Origin: Myxococcota bacterium
GTDB taxonomy: Bacteria; Myxococcota_A; Polyangia; Polyangiales; Houyiibacteriaceae
DNA: 64,000 nucleotides
Assembly (NCBI GenBank): GCA_020629955.1
Contig: JAHDCI010000001.1
Location: 11,646-75,645, forward strand
Direction of reading: 5' to 3'
Part shown: positions 17,394 to 26,680 of the stretch, piece after piece
How the letters are laid out: each line of letters starts with the position of its first letter
Position numbering within the stretch: position 1 is the first letter of the stretch
The notes under the pieces: generated by a model
What the model saw: only the letters and a program-made list of their open reading frames with translations
The model's database searches: none
What the model was told of the DNA's origin: nothing
Translations under genes and position numbers: made by a program

Positions 17394-18587
17394 CTAGCGG
17401 GATGCACAAGCCGCCGCAGGAACCATTCCGCTCGCGATGGCCCGGATCGGATGTCCGTTCACCGCTGCAGCGCCGGAGGGCTGCTCCCACGATAAGCCAT
17501 CATTGCTTCGATAGAGCCGCGCGCCTTCGTAGTACTGCGCCCAGATGCTTGTCACCCCGAGGAGTGTGCCATCCGCGCTGCGCGCCACGTGTTGAAACTG
17601 CACGCCCGGAGTCTCAAGCGGCTCGCCTGCCCAAAGCGTGCCATCCGCGGAACGAACACGCTGGTTATCGGCGGTCCAACCGACAAACGCTTCCCCGTCC
17701 CAAACGAGGTTCGACGCGAGGTCCACCCCAAAGGAGAAGGGCATCCAGGTTTCGCCGCGGTCATTGGAACGACAGCCACGGTCGTCGCGCGAGCTGTAGA
17801 TCAGCACCGTCTCGCCGCCGCCGATCCCGCGAGAAATGCTTCCCGCATCGCAGCTTCCTGAATCGCGATGAAAGTTCTCTCCATCACCTGTCACGACGAT
17901 CTCAAAATCGTCGGCAACGATCCCATAGAGTGGGCCGCTCTCGAGGTCTGCGAAGAAGGCATGACGAACAGGCCGATAGTGAAAAGGTTCCAAACATCGA
18001 AAGCTCAAGTCCCCGCTCGCGACACATGCTTCGCGGCTACCACTGATCCACATGCCGGCGCCGTAATCGATGCCGTTAAAGGTGCCCGCTTGTACGCGAG
18101 TGTGTTCACCGCTTAAGGGGTCGAACTCAAAGAGCCCGTGTTCCCCGGCCGGGTCTTCTCCCCATCCGAGCGTAAAGAGCACCTTCCCCTCGCCAAAGGC
18201 AACCCCGTTGTTGCTCTCGACGTGATGGTCGCACTCAGGTCCGGAGCCTCCCAGCATGTCCCAGCAGCGCGCGTCGTCATCGCTCGAGCGATTCCACACC
18301 CAGGTCTCGCCACCGTCGCAGGTCAACATGACGCGCGCGAGATGGCCGGTGAGCGCGAAGGCCGATCGCATCTCCGGTCCCGCGTCCGGCTCGCCATCTG
18401 GCGCAACGTCGATCGCGCCGTCGGAAGCGTCGGTAGAGACGTCTGATGCGACATCTGTGGACACATCGAACGAAGTATCCTCCGCGGCATCGAGCGCGCC
18501 ATCCGTCGCAGCGTCGAGCGCGCCATCGTCATCTCCGCAGGCTCCGAGGAGAATCAGGGAGGCTGCAAGGAAGCGGTGGGCGTTCAT
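17394..18587 (-). CDS. Lipoprotein with an acidic linker and an Asp-box (BNR) beta-propeller
   Basis: The lipobox is LILLGAC GDDDG, followed by a D/A/S-rich linker. Repeated S-x-D-x-G-x-(T/S)-W Asp-boxes are present: CDGGETW, SNDRGETW, SADGTLW, SNDGLSW. Confidence 0.7.
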   Translation of the reverse strand: MNAHRFLAASLILLGACGDDDGALDAATDGALDAAEDTSFDVSTDVASDVSTDASDGAIDVAPDGEPDAGPEMRSAFALTGHLARVMLTCDGGETWVWNRSSDDDARCWDMLGGSGPECDHHVESNNGVAFGEGKVLFTLGWGEDPAGEHGLFEFDPLSGEHTRVQAGTFNGIDYGAGMWISGSREACVASGDLSFRCLEPFHYRPVRHAFFADLESGPLYGIVADDFEIVVTGDGENFHRDSGSCDAGSISRGIGGGETVLIYSSRDDRGCRSNDRGETWMPFSFGVDLASNLVWDGEAFVGWTADNQRVRSADGTLWAGEPLETPGVQFQHVARSADGTLLGVTSIWAQYYEGARLYRSNDGLSWEQPSGAAAVNGHPIRAIASGMVPAAACASR

Positions 18588-18590
18588 TTC

Positions 18591-19709
18591 TCAGCCCCCG
18601 CACATCGCGTTGTACTGCGGATCCCGCGCGCGATAGCCGGGATCGACGCATTCGCACCACGAGGCAAGCCCACACGCATCCCGGCTGCGATGACACGGCG
18701 GACATTCCGTGCAGTGCGCAGCGCTTGAGGGGTCGTAGCCAACAGGACAAAGCGCAACGCCGCGCTCTGCATCCCAAATGGTGGGGTCTCCGCTCTCGCG
18801 GAAGACCATGGTGCAAGAGGCTGCGTGGTTAAGCCCCGCCACGGCTTCGGCGCTTCGGAGCTGAGGCGGCAGGCAATCGCAGGAACAGCGGATCCGGCAC
18901 ATGCCATCGCCGGTGCATTCCATATTGTCGTTCGGTTCCACGCCGCAACCGCAGTTTCCTGGCAGGCGGCAATCCGTCGGAGCTCCATGGTCGCGTCGAT
19001 GTGAGCCCGTGCAAGGCGTTCCGCATCCATCATCTTCACCGCAGAGCTTATCCGAACAATCGGGGACACATTCACCGCCGGTGTCCATTCCTGTGTCGGG
19101 CATCCCCGTGTCCGGCACGCCGCCATCCTCGCTCGCGGGCTCGACCCCGAGCTCACAAACTCCATAAACCGATTCGTCTGGGTCCGCGACGAACTCGATG
19201 CGGATCGAGGGGGCACGATGACCCATGATTCGGAATCGCCAACGGAAGGGAGCGGAGCCGGACTCGACATCTTCGAGGACAGAGGACCCGCCGCCGGAGA
19301 CACGCATTTCGACATGAGTGAGTCCCTGCGTCGCGTGCACAAAGCGGGCGATCAGAGGCTCACCTTCGCGCGCGACCCGAGGCACCATCCAGTCGTCGTC
19401 GCAAGGCGGCAGTGCGGCATCAAAACCGGTATCGGCGGGCACATCCATTGCGGCGTCCATCATCGTATCGATTGCAGCGTCGCTCGGTTGCGTGTCCGCG
19501 GGAGCGTCCATCGGTTCGCTCCGATCGATCGCCACATCGGATGGAGCGTCGACGGACGAATCCGAGCCGCTATCGCCAGTGCTCAGCACACCGGGACCGC
19601 ACCCCACCCAAAGGAGCATCACGAGAATAGCAGAGCGGCTGGCGCCGCCGACAAATCGAGTCCAATCGGTCACTGTTATAATAAAACATCTCGTCGGCAC
19701 TCCGCGCAA
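18591..19709 (-). CDS. Lipoprotein with an acidic linker and a C-terminal Cys-rich module
   Basis: The signal/lipobox is AILVMLLWVGC GPG. More than 20 Cys fall in the last 170 aa or so (CVPDCSDKLCGEDDGCGTPC..., CSCDC, CTECPPC). Its stop lies 3 nt from the start of the downstream Asp-box gene. Confidence 0.65.
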   Translation of the reverse strand: MRGVPTRCFIITVTDWTRFVGGASRSAILVMLLWVGCGPGVLSTGDSGSDSSVDAPSDVAIDRSEPMDAPADTQPSDAAIDTMMDAAMDVPADTGFDAALPPCDDDWMVPRVAREGEPLIARFVHATQGLTHVEMRVSGGGSSVLEDVESGSAPFRWRFRIMGHRAPSIRIEFVADPDESVYGVCELGVEPASEDGGVPDTGMPDTGMDTGGECVPDCSDKLCGEDDGCGTPCTGSHRRDHGAPTDCRLPGNCGCGVEPNDNMECTGDGMCRIRCSCDCLPPQLRSAEAVAGLNHAASCTMVFRESGDPTIWDAERGVALCPVGYDPSSAAHCTECPPCHRSRDACGLASWCECVDPGYRARDPQYNAMCGG

Positions 19710-19764
19710 GGGGACGCGTGTCTTCTCTCAAGAAGCCTCAGCGATACAGCGTACGATGCTTGTC

Positions 19765-21087
19765 TCAAACTGAAGCTCGGTCTCGATCGAGTACAACAAG
19801 CGACTCGACGTGGGCCGTCTGCGCGAAGAGATCGTACGCGCGAGCAAAGACGGTTCGGTACGCGCGCGCTTCGAGAAGCGCGAGGTCTCGTTTTAAGGTT
19901 CCCGTATCGCACGACACGTAGATGATCCGCCGCGGAAGCTTGCCTTCGAGAATTCGCAGAATCGATTCCTTTGCGCCCGCCCGAGGTGGGTCGAGCACAA
20001 CCAGGTCAAACGTCCCTTTGGGGATCTCTGCTGCGTCCGAACAGAGAATCTTCGCCTGGAGGTTTCGCACGCGCAGGTTCTCGCGGAGGCATTCGACGCC
20101 GCGGTCATCGAGTTCGACCGCGGTCAGCGATTTGACGACCGAGGCCAGCTCGACACTAAGGGTACCGCTGCCCGCGAAGAGCTCGAGTGTCCTCCCCGCC
20201 CCCTCCGCATACTCGCGTACCTTCCGCGCGAGAGCGTCGAACTCGGCATGCGCCTGGCTAAACCCGCGCTCCGGCAACCGAAGAGGTTTGCCATCCGATG
20301 CGAGGATCCGCTCTTCTGTCTCACCAAATCGAGCTCGAACGCCTCGAGCTTCGAGGACCAGCCCCGCGATCGGAGAATCGGAGACGAGGTCCTCACAGAG
20401 AGCGAAGACTTCCGGCGGCTGCACCTCCTGACAGTCCAGCCACGCAACGGCCCGCTGATCCCGTCTCGCGAGCGAGATCTCTCCCTCCCCTTTTAGCGCC
20501 GGGTAGAGTCGTTCGCGCAACAGTTCATAAGCGGCACCCAGCGGCTCATCGAGAACGGCGCAGTCAGGAATATCGACGACGCGATGCGTTTTCGGTCGCC
20601 GGTAACCGAATGCATCGCGTGAAAAGAGAAGGCGGGCCCGGCGCCGGTAACCAAGCGCCGCGCCGGAATGGATCTCGATTGCGGAAGGCTCAGCATTTTT
20701 CCACGGCGGGAGCGCGTCTGCGAGAAAGCTCTTCTTTGCGTCCTGCTGCGCCTCTTCGTGAAGCTCCATCCAGGGGCAACCGCCACATCGGCTGGCATGC
20801 GCGCATGGGGCCTCTCGACGCAGAGGGCTCTCGCTGAGCCGCTCAAGCACCTCACCACGCCGGGTGCGTTTCGAGCCTTCATAGCTTCGAAGCCGAACGC
20901 GCTCCCCCGGGTAAACGCCGGTCACGAAAACGAGTCCAGCATCGGTTTCGACAAGTGCGGCGCCGCCGCGCGCCATGTCCCGGACCACGCCCTCGTGCTC
21001 GCGGATATCTTTCTTGGGAACCTCTCGACGCGCTTTGTGTTTCGCGGCGTGTTTCGTTTTCCCTTTTCGACCCGGTCCGCGCGTCAT
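19765..21087 (-). CDS. rlmD: TRAM-domain 23S rRNA (uracil-C5)-methyltransferase, RlmD/RumA family
   Basis: A TRAM-like N-terminus precedes the Fe-S cluster cysteines CAHASRCGGCPWM. A SAM-MTase fold follows (LELFAGSGTLS, VVLDPPRAGA), ending with YVSCD. Confidence 0.8.
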   Translation of the reverse strand: MTRGPGRKGKTKHAAKHKARREVPKKDIREHEGVVRDMARGGAALVETDAGLVFVTGVYPGERVRLRSYEGSKRTRRGEVLERLSESPLRREAPCAHASRCGGCPWMELHEEAQQDAKKSFLADALPPWKNAEPSAIEIHSGAALGYRRRARLLFSRDAFGYRRPKTHRVVDIPDCAVLDEPLGAAYELLRERLYPALKGEGEISLARRDQRAVAWLDCQEVQPPEVFALCEDLVSDSPIAGLVLEARGVRARFGETEERILASDGKPLRLPERGFSQAHAEFDALARKVREYAEGAGRTLELFAGSGTLSVELASVVKSLTAVELDDRGVECLRENLRVRNLQAKILCSDAAEIPKGTFDLVVLDPPRAGAKESILRILEGKLPRRIIYVSCDTGTLKRDLALLEARAYRTVFARAYDLFAQTAHVESLVVLDRDRASV

Positions 21088-22184
21088 GGACCTGGGACGA
21101 CGCTCTCACGCTCCTTCGGAACCAATCCGAGCTCTTCGAGCGAGCGGCGAAGTCGAGACTCCGGATTTCGGAGCCGGCGGAGGGTTCGCGTGTATCCGTC
21201 TTCGAGGATTACCCGACGCGCAGCAAAGTTCATCGGAGAATGCATAAACATTTCCACCTCGTCCCGTTCCGGCTCGACAAGGTGAATCGCGACCTCTGGA
21301 TTGGCCGCTTGGAGATTTTCAATCCCGGCGACGAGGCGCGCCTCGCTCGCCAGGCGCCAGCTCTGCGAATGCACCCAGAGCAGCCCCTTGTCTCGGACCC
21401 GAGTCATCGTGCCGTGCCCGGTAGGAATCGTCCGTTCCCCTGGGTCGCTCTTCACAGGGACCATGGGGTTGATGATCAAGATCATCTCGCATCCCTCCGC
21501 GAGAGCGAGGTCTGCGTGCGCGGCTTCTCCGATCGGAGAAGCCATGAGATCGCGACCATCAATCCGCACAGGCGCGAAAAGGATCGGAACAGCGTTCGCG
21601 GCGGCAATCGCTCGAGGAAGGGGCGCTCGCTCAGCCCCCTCGCCCGAACCGAAGACCACGCGCTGTCCGCCGTCGAGGTCGCTGGCGACAAGAAAAAGCG
21701 TCCGCGCGTAATCATCGAAGCTGCGAGGCAATCCCCGCCGCTGCATGAACTCGCGAAAAAAATCTTCGAACGAGTCCATGGAGAAGAGACCGGCCGGAAG
21801 CGAGTCGACAAAGCGCTCCAGCTCAGTCCAAACGTCGACCTCCAAGGGTCGAGACGTGACAGACCCAAGCATTCTTCGAGCCGCTCCCACTGCCGAACGA
21901 AAAACGCGCTGCATCTCCTTAAGGTCGAGGCGAAGGAGATGCTGCCTCTGTAGCGGAAAGAAATCGTCGGTGGGGCTTAGGAGCGCACGATAGAGACGTT
22001 GTGCTGGGATGCCGCCGGCGAGCGCTGTCGCGACGCAGCTCCCCGCAGAAGAGCCCACAAAGACATCAAAATCGCACGCTTGAAAATCGTGAAAGGCGTC
22101 TTCGATCGCCGCCAATGCGCCAACCTCGTACATCGCCCCGGTGATGCCGCCGCCGGCAAGACAAAGACCCGCCTTCTTCTTCAC
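21084..22184 (-). CDS. Patatin-like phospholipase
   Basis: It has the oxyanion motif CLAGGGITGAMYEVG, the nucleophile elbow GSSAGS (G-x-S-x-G), and a later D-G dyad region. Confidence 0.85.
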   Translation of the reverse strand: MKKKAGLCLAGGGITGAMYEVGALAAIEDAFHDFQACDFDVFVGSSAGSCVATALAGGIPAQRLYRALLSPTDDFFPLQRQHLLRLDLKEMQRVFRSAVGAARRMLGSVTSRPLEVDVWTELERFVDSLPAGLFSMDSFEDFFREFMQRRGLPRSFDDYARTLFLVASDLDGGQRVVFGSGEGAERAPLPRAIAAANAVPILFAPVRIDGRDLMASPIGEAAHADLALAEGCEMILIINPMVPVKSDPGERTIPTGHGTMTRVRDKGLLWVHSQSWRLASEARLVAGIENLQAANPEVAIHLVEPERDEVEMFMHSPMNFAARRVILEDGYTRTLRRLRNPESRLRRSLEELGLVPKERESVVPGP

Positions 22185-22195
22185 GCGTTACCTTG

Positions 22196-22699
22196 CTATC
22201 CGTGACGACGAGCGATGAACTCGTTCGTGAACTCAGCGCTTTGGTCGTAGCTCTTATTGATCTCGGCTTTGACGAAGCGTTCGAAAATACCGCCTACACC
22301 AAAAATAGAGCAGTCGATATCAAAGTCGACTTCCCGCCAGGAGCCACCCTCACGAGGTGTCATGATGAGCTGACCGGAGATCTGAATCTTCTTTTCGAAG
22401 GTGCCGGGCTTCACTCGGAAGCGGTAGACCCAAGGGTCGCTCGAGCGGTCGAGCTGCCCATGCTCCTCAAAGGAGACGCTATTGCCGAAAACCTTGATCA
22501 AGGCCTTGGGGGCCGTCTCCACAACGGGCGTCACGTGCGTCATCCGCTTACCGCTGGGCTTATCGTCCTCGAGCGTTCGGAAACCGTAGTTAAAGATCTC
22601 CGAGTACATCACCTGGTTAAAGCCGCCAAAGTGAACCCACTCCCAAAACTGCTCTGGAGTGCAGTTGATGGGATGCTTCATCTGGAGCTTGGTCGTCAT
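22196..22699 (-). CDS. Small SRPBCC/START-like fold protein (hypothetical)
   Basis: It is 167 aa. The N-terminal pattern PINCTPEQFWEWV..F...MY is reminiscent of the DUF2505/polyketide-cyclase-like START superfamily. The PP2C stop overlaps its start (ATGA). Confidence 0.4.
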   Translation of the reverse strand: MTTKLQMKHPINCTPEQFWEWVHFGGFNQVMYSEIFNYGFRTLEDDKPSGKRMTHVTPVVETAPKALIKVFGNSVSFEEHGQLDRSSDPWVYRFRVKPGTFEKKIQISGQLIMTPREGGSWREVDFDIDCSIFGVGGIFERFVKAEINKSYDQSAEFTNEFIARRHG

Positions 22700-23463
22700 C
22701 CGGTAAAGCGAACCGTCACGACGGTGATATTGTCTTCGCCGCCGTGGTCATTGGCAGCTCGCACCAGGCGCTCTGCGGCCATTTCCATGTCGCCGCCCGC
22801 CTCCATGACGAGATCGAGAATCATGTCGTCGACGATCATGCCGTTGAGTCCATCGGAGCAGAGCAGGTAGACATCGCCAGGTTCAGGTTCGTCCGGAGTC
22901 ATCTCCACCGCGATCGAGTTCTGAATGCCAAGCGCGCGGGTAATCACGTTCTTCGGCAGCTCTTCGCGCTGCTCCTCCGTCATATCCGGCTCGACCAACA
23001 ACCAATCGTTTAGGAGAGAATGGTCGCGCGTAAGCTGCGTGATCTCGCCGTTCCGAATTCGATACGCGCGGCTATCGCCGACATGAGCGATGTACACTCG
23101 GTGCCGGTCTTTTGAGAAAAGGAGTCCGACAACCGTCGTGCCCATGCCGTGCACTTCGCGGTGGCGGACCGACGCTTCGAAGATCTTTCGATTCGCGAGC
23201 TTAATACCGGTAACGAGGCGGTTTTCGTCGACGGAGAGATGAGGGTCGAAACTGAAGGGCCACGTGGAGTCTTCCGCTTCGGTCGACTTAAAGAAGTTCG
23301 CGATCGTGTGCGTTGCCATCTTACTGGCAACGTCTCCCGCGCGATGCCCACCCATGCCATCGGCCACGATGAAGAGCCGATGCTCTGGAAGGATCGTGAA
23401 ACTATCCTCGTTGTGCTCGCGCTGGAGCCCGACGTCGCTTAGACCTGCCGCGATGAAGTTCAT
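22696..23463 (-). CDS. PP2C-family Ser/Thr protein phosphatase (Stp-like)
   Basis: The motifs are GLSDVGLQREHNEDSF, VADGMGGHRAGDVAS, LLCSDGL and GGEDNITVV. The ATG at 23463 is preferred; the alternative is 23496. Confidence 0.9.
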   Translation of the reverse strand: MNFIAAGLSDVGLQREHNEDSFTILPEHRLFIVADGMGGHRAGDVASKMATHTIANFFKSTEAEDSTWPFSFDPHLSVDENRLVTGIKLANRKIFEASVRHREVHGMGTTVVGLLFSKDRHRVYIAHVGDSRAYRIRNGEITQLTRDHSLLNDWLLVEPDMTEEQREELPKNVITRALGIQNSIAVEMTPDEPEPGDVYLLCSDGLNGMIVDDMILDLVMEAGGDMEMAAERLVRAANDHGGEDNITVVTVRFTG

Positions 23464-23649
23464 GTACGTTTCGTTCCCCAGCAACGCCGGACGCATTCAC
23501 GAGTCGACGAAAAAACTGGGATGAGATGTCATAGCCTATCACGGAGCCTCGCGCGGAAAAAAATGAAGTGGTGCAGTTTGGTCAGGTCGTTTTTCTCAAT
23601 ATTTTCAGAGATTTGCTCTGAAAAAGAACACAATATTCGTACTTTTGCG

Positions 23650-24216
23650 ATGCTCATCGCGCTCTCTGCGCTCTTCTCTGCCTGTGGGATGGGTGGCACC
23701 CCCGACCCGCGGAGTGTTGACGGTGCGCTCGCGTACCTGGCGGTCGCGATGGAAAGAGACGAGCCCGGGATGCTCTATCGTGCTCTCGATGTCCGGTCGC
23801 GGCATGCGATGATCTCGATCGTAGAGGATCGCAGAGCGGCGGCGGCGGCCATTCGGGAGCACTATCCGCCAGCGGAGCGAGAGACAGCGCTGCGAGCCCT
23901 CGGGGACGCCGCGAATGTCGAATCGGCGGAGGCTCTCTTTTTGGAACGTTGCGATGCCGGTTGTCGTCGAGAGCTCGCGGGGCGACTCGGCGCCGCGGTC
24001 GAGCAAGACGAAAACGGAAACGAACTACGCGTCACCACTACGCGCGGGGAGATTCGCTTCTATCGCGAGAATCGCTCGGATTGGTGGGGCTTTGTTTGGC
24101 GACAAGAAGAACTCGACCGGGAGCGAGACCGCGCCGCGCAGGAGCGACGCTCCATCGAAAGGAACGCCGCGGTGCACCAACAGCGGAGCAGGCTTCAGGA
24201 GGGCCCCGCAGAGTAG
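23650..24216 (+). CDS. Hypothetical lipoprotein
   Basis: The internal ATG gives MLIALSALFSAC GMGG, a signal peptide plus lipobox. I recognised no domain. Confidence 0.55.
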   Translation: MLIALSALFSACGMGGTPDPRSVDGALAYLAVAMERDEPGMLYRALDVRSRHAMISIVEDRRAAAAAIREHYPPAERETALRALGDAANVESAEALFLERCDAGCRRELAGRLGAAVEQDENGNELRVTTTRGEIRFYRENRSDWWGFVWRQEELDRERDRAAQERRSIERNAAVHQQRSRLQEGPAE

Positions 24217-24258
24217 GCACGACTCCCATCCTGAGTCGCTTCGCGGAGTCGGAACGCT

Positions 24259-25062
24259 TTAGCGTAAGCCAGGCGCAGAGAAGACTTCGATCGAGGTGTC
24301 GCCATCCGATCCGGCCGCAGGATAGATCGCCCTAACTCCTTCACATGTGACCGTGATCATATTGTCCCGTTCCACGGCAGGGGAGCAGCCAGGTAGTAGG
24401 CGAACGAGATTCTCCACCGGCTGACCAGCGGAATAGGCGCCCTGTCCGACCTGGATTCGCACGAGGTCGCGTAGGTTTGCTCGGATCGAGTCTTCGCCGT
24501 GGACGAATTGTGGAGCACTCGACGCGCGCTCTTCTCGGGAAAGCGCAAGCGTGAGCCCCGCAATACTCTCTCCCGGAACCACCGGCACGGCCAGTGTCGT
24601 TTCTGTCGAATGCACGTGCTCAACGACCGACTCGATCGTGTAGACGATGGGCCTATCTAGGGAATCCGGGGCATTGAGCTGCATTTGATACATCCCCGTT
24701 GCATCTTCCGGAAACCCTTGAATACAACCAGTGACGACCCGTTGCGCAGCGCCTGGCGCAGAGATGAAACTGTGATGGCATGATTCGCCCGTCGCGGTGT
24801 AGTTGGGGGTCCCCAAGACCCACACCGGACGACGTACGAAGTCTTGAATCCTGAATACGCGTGGCATGCGATTCCTGGCTTCCCCACTCGTATCGTCAGG
24901 CGATTCCGACTGTTCAGGGCCAGCGGCGATCTCGGTGCTCCCTTCATCTCCGGACGCGGAGGAAGCCTGGGTCGTATTGGTAAGCTCTCTCGTCGAATTG
25001 AGGGCCATTCCTCCACCACAAGCAAAGGAGGTTAGTAGAAGCATCGATACGTGTCGGATCAT
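24259..25062 (-). CDS. Hypothetical lipoprotein
   Basis: It starts MIRHVSMLLLTSFAC GGG (signal plus lipobox). I recognised no domain. Confidence 0.55.
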   Translation of the reverse strand: MIRHVSMLLLTSFACGGGMALNSTRELTNTTQASSASGDEGSTEIAAGPEQSESPDDTSGEARNRMPRVFRIQDFVRRPVWVLGTPNYTATGESCHHSFISAPGAAQRVVTGCIQGFPEDATGMYQMQLNAPDSLDRPIVYTIESVVEHVHSTETTLAVPVVPGESIAGLTLALSREERASSAPQFVHGEDSIRANLRDLVRIQVGQGAYSAGQPVENLVRLLPGCSPAVERDNMITVTCEGVRAIYPAAGSDGDTSIEVFSAPGLR

Positions 25063-25306
25063 TGGGTTCTCCTTGGAAAATCAAGAGTTGCGTCGCTCTG
25101 CTCGAAATGAACCAGCGCGCGTCAGCTGTTGTAAACGCGCGCACAAAGGCTCATTAGGTAGGAACCACGATTTACCGCTGAATCATTTTCACTATTGAAC
25201 TCACGATGCCTGAATGGCTCGCCCAATTACTTTGGTGGCTTGAACCGCGCGGGCCTGGGTCGTGTGGCGAAGTAGGCCGCCCGGACTCTTTTCGGAAGGG
25301 CGTGGC

Positions 25307-26680
25307 TCAGCTGCCTTCTTGAATCGTGACGATCGCGCCGCTCTCGACGCGCCACACCGAGACGGCTCCACTCGTCAGTTCTTCCGTTTCGGGAGAGTAA
25401 TCGAGGGGGCCAGACGCTCCGCTAAGATCGATCGACGCACCGTCCTGGAACGCCTCGACGACCTCCGGCCAATTCGAGGGCTGGATTGAGATATTCGCGC
25501 CGCTGCTGATCCGCCGTAGCCCGCGAGCGAGGCTGCGTGGTCCGAGATCGGGCTCGTTATATTGCGCCCAAGCCGTAGCGTAGAGAGCGAGCCAGCTCGC
25601 ATCGTATGCCTGCGCAAGGAAAGAGACGTCGGTGGGGTCGGTATCCGCAAATTCCTGACGGAAGCGAGTCGCGTAGATCGTAAAGACGGGCGTGTCGGTA
25701 TCGGTCGGCCGCGTTCCCCGGAGGCGGTCCCCGATTCCGGCTGCCTCGACGGCGGTCGCGAAAGTTCGCGTCGCGGCTCCATCGGCGAAGAAGAAACGTT
25801 TCATGTCGAAGTTCGAATCACGCGCAACAACGTTCACGAAACTTACGAGTTCATCTTCTTCGGAAGAGATCACCAAAATCTCTTCCACTTCCGAGCCCCC
25901 AAATTCGGCGATGCGCTCGGAGAGCTGCGCGGCACTTCGATAAATGAGCACCTCTGGTTCAAGCATCCCCTGAAGTTCGTCAACGACGTTCATCGACAGA
26001 CCTTCTCCGTAGGGGCCGGACTGAGCCAAAATTCCTAGGTTCGAGACGCCCCGACGCAGAACATCTGCCGCGATCACCGCGCCTTGTTGGGGATCGGTCG
26101 GCGCGGTTCGCCAAAGGGTTCCAGGCGATTCGTCGGATGGCGCGGGTTCGAGGTCTGTCAGCGCGCCACTGGTCGCAGAAGGGGAGATCAAGAGCACGGT
26201 CTGACCGATTTCTTCGTACACCCCGGCGACGGTCGCGGAGGACATCGGTCCGACGATGGCACTTACCCCGTAGACATCCCGAAGGTAGGTCGCGAGCTCG
26301 GAGGCTTCGCCGATATCATCGTCGTTTTGTCCGTAGTCGCAGGAAATCATCGCAAACGACTTGCCTTCGAGGCCGCCCGCATCGCTTGCATCCTTGACCG
26401 CGAGGAGGAGCGCGCGCGCTCGTGCCAGATGACTCTCACGCCCAAGCGCTCCAAGATTTCCGATGATGATGCGGTTGCTGAAGTCTCCGTCTTCAGGCCA
26501 GATCACCGAACAGCGAGAGTCGAGCGTCGCCGGTTCGCAGAAGCCACTCGCCAAGCAAACGTTTCCCGGGCCGAGCGCGTCGCGACAATCTGCGCTCGTC
26601 TGGCACGCCTCGACATCGAAACGTGTGAACGTGCAGCTAAGCAACAAGAGGGGCGCAAAAGCAAAAGCGTTGAAGCGCAT
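25307..26680 (-). CDS. Type-1 periplasmic binding protein (Leu/Ile/Val-binding / ANF-receptor-like) with an N-terminal Cys-rich insert; orphan substrate-binding protein
   Basis: It has a signal peptide. The pattern IIGNLGALGRES....A.ALLLAVKD...AGGLEGK.F.MISCDYG....IGEA...A..L......V.AIVGPMSS matches the Peripla_BP_6 layout. No ABC permease or ATPase gene is adjacent. Confidence 0.6.
   Translation of the reverse strand: MRFNAFAFAPLLLLSCTFTRFDVEACQTSADCRDALGPGNVCLASGFCEPATLDSRCSVIWPEDGDFSNRIIIGNLGALGRESHLARARALLLAVKDASDAGGLEGKSFAMISCDYGQNDDDIGEASELATYLRDVYGVSAIVGPMSSATVAGVYEEIGQTVLLISPSATSGALTDLEPAPSDESPGTLWRTAPTDPQQGAVIAADVLRRGVSNLGILAQSGPYGEGLSMNVVDELQGMLEPEVLIYRSAAQLSERIAEFGGSEVEEILVISSEEDELVSFVNVVARDSNFDMKRFFFADGAATRTFATAVEAAGIGDRLRGTRPTDTDTPVFTIYATRFRQEFADTDPTDVSFLAQAYDASWLALYATAWAQYNEPDLGPRSLARGLRRISSGANISIQPSNWPEVVEAFQDGASIDLSGASGPLDYSPETEELTSGAVSVWRVESGAIVTIQEGS

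Noticed and set aside
20955-21953. A 332-aa plus-strand ORF overlapping the patatin and rlmD genes.
   Set aside because: It is antisense to two genes with clear catalytic motifs (GGGxxG/GxSxG and the Fe-S/SAM motifs) and has no motif of its own.
25115-25142. An inverted repeat GCGCGCGT-N12-ACGCGCGC upstream of lipoprotein gene 24259..25062.
   Set aside because: It is an 8-bp GC stem with no T-run, in a region where such palindromes arise easily. There is no second copy and no associated regulator. I noted it only as a possible operator.
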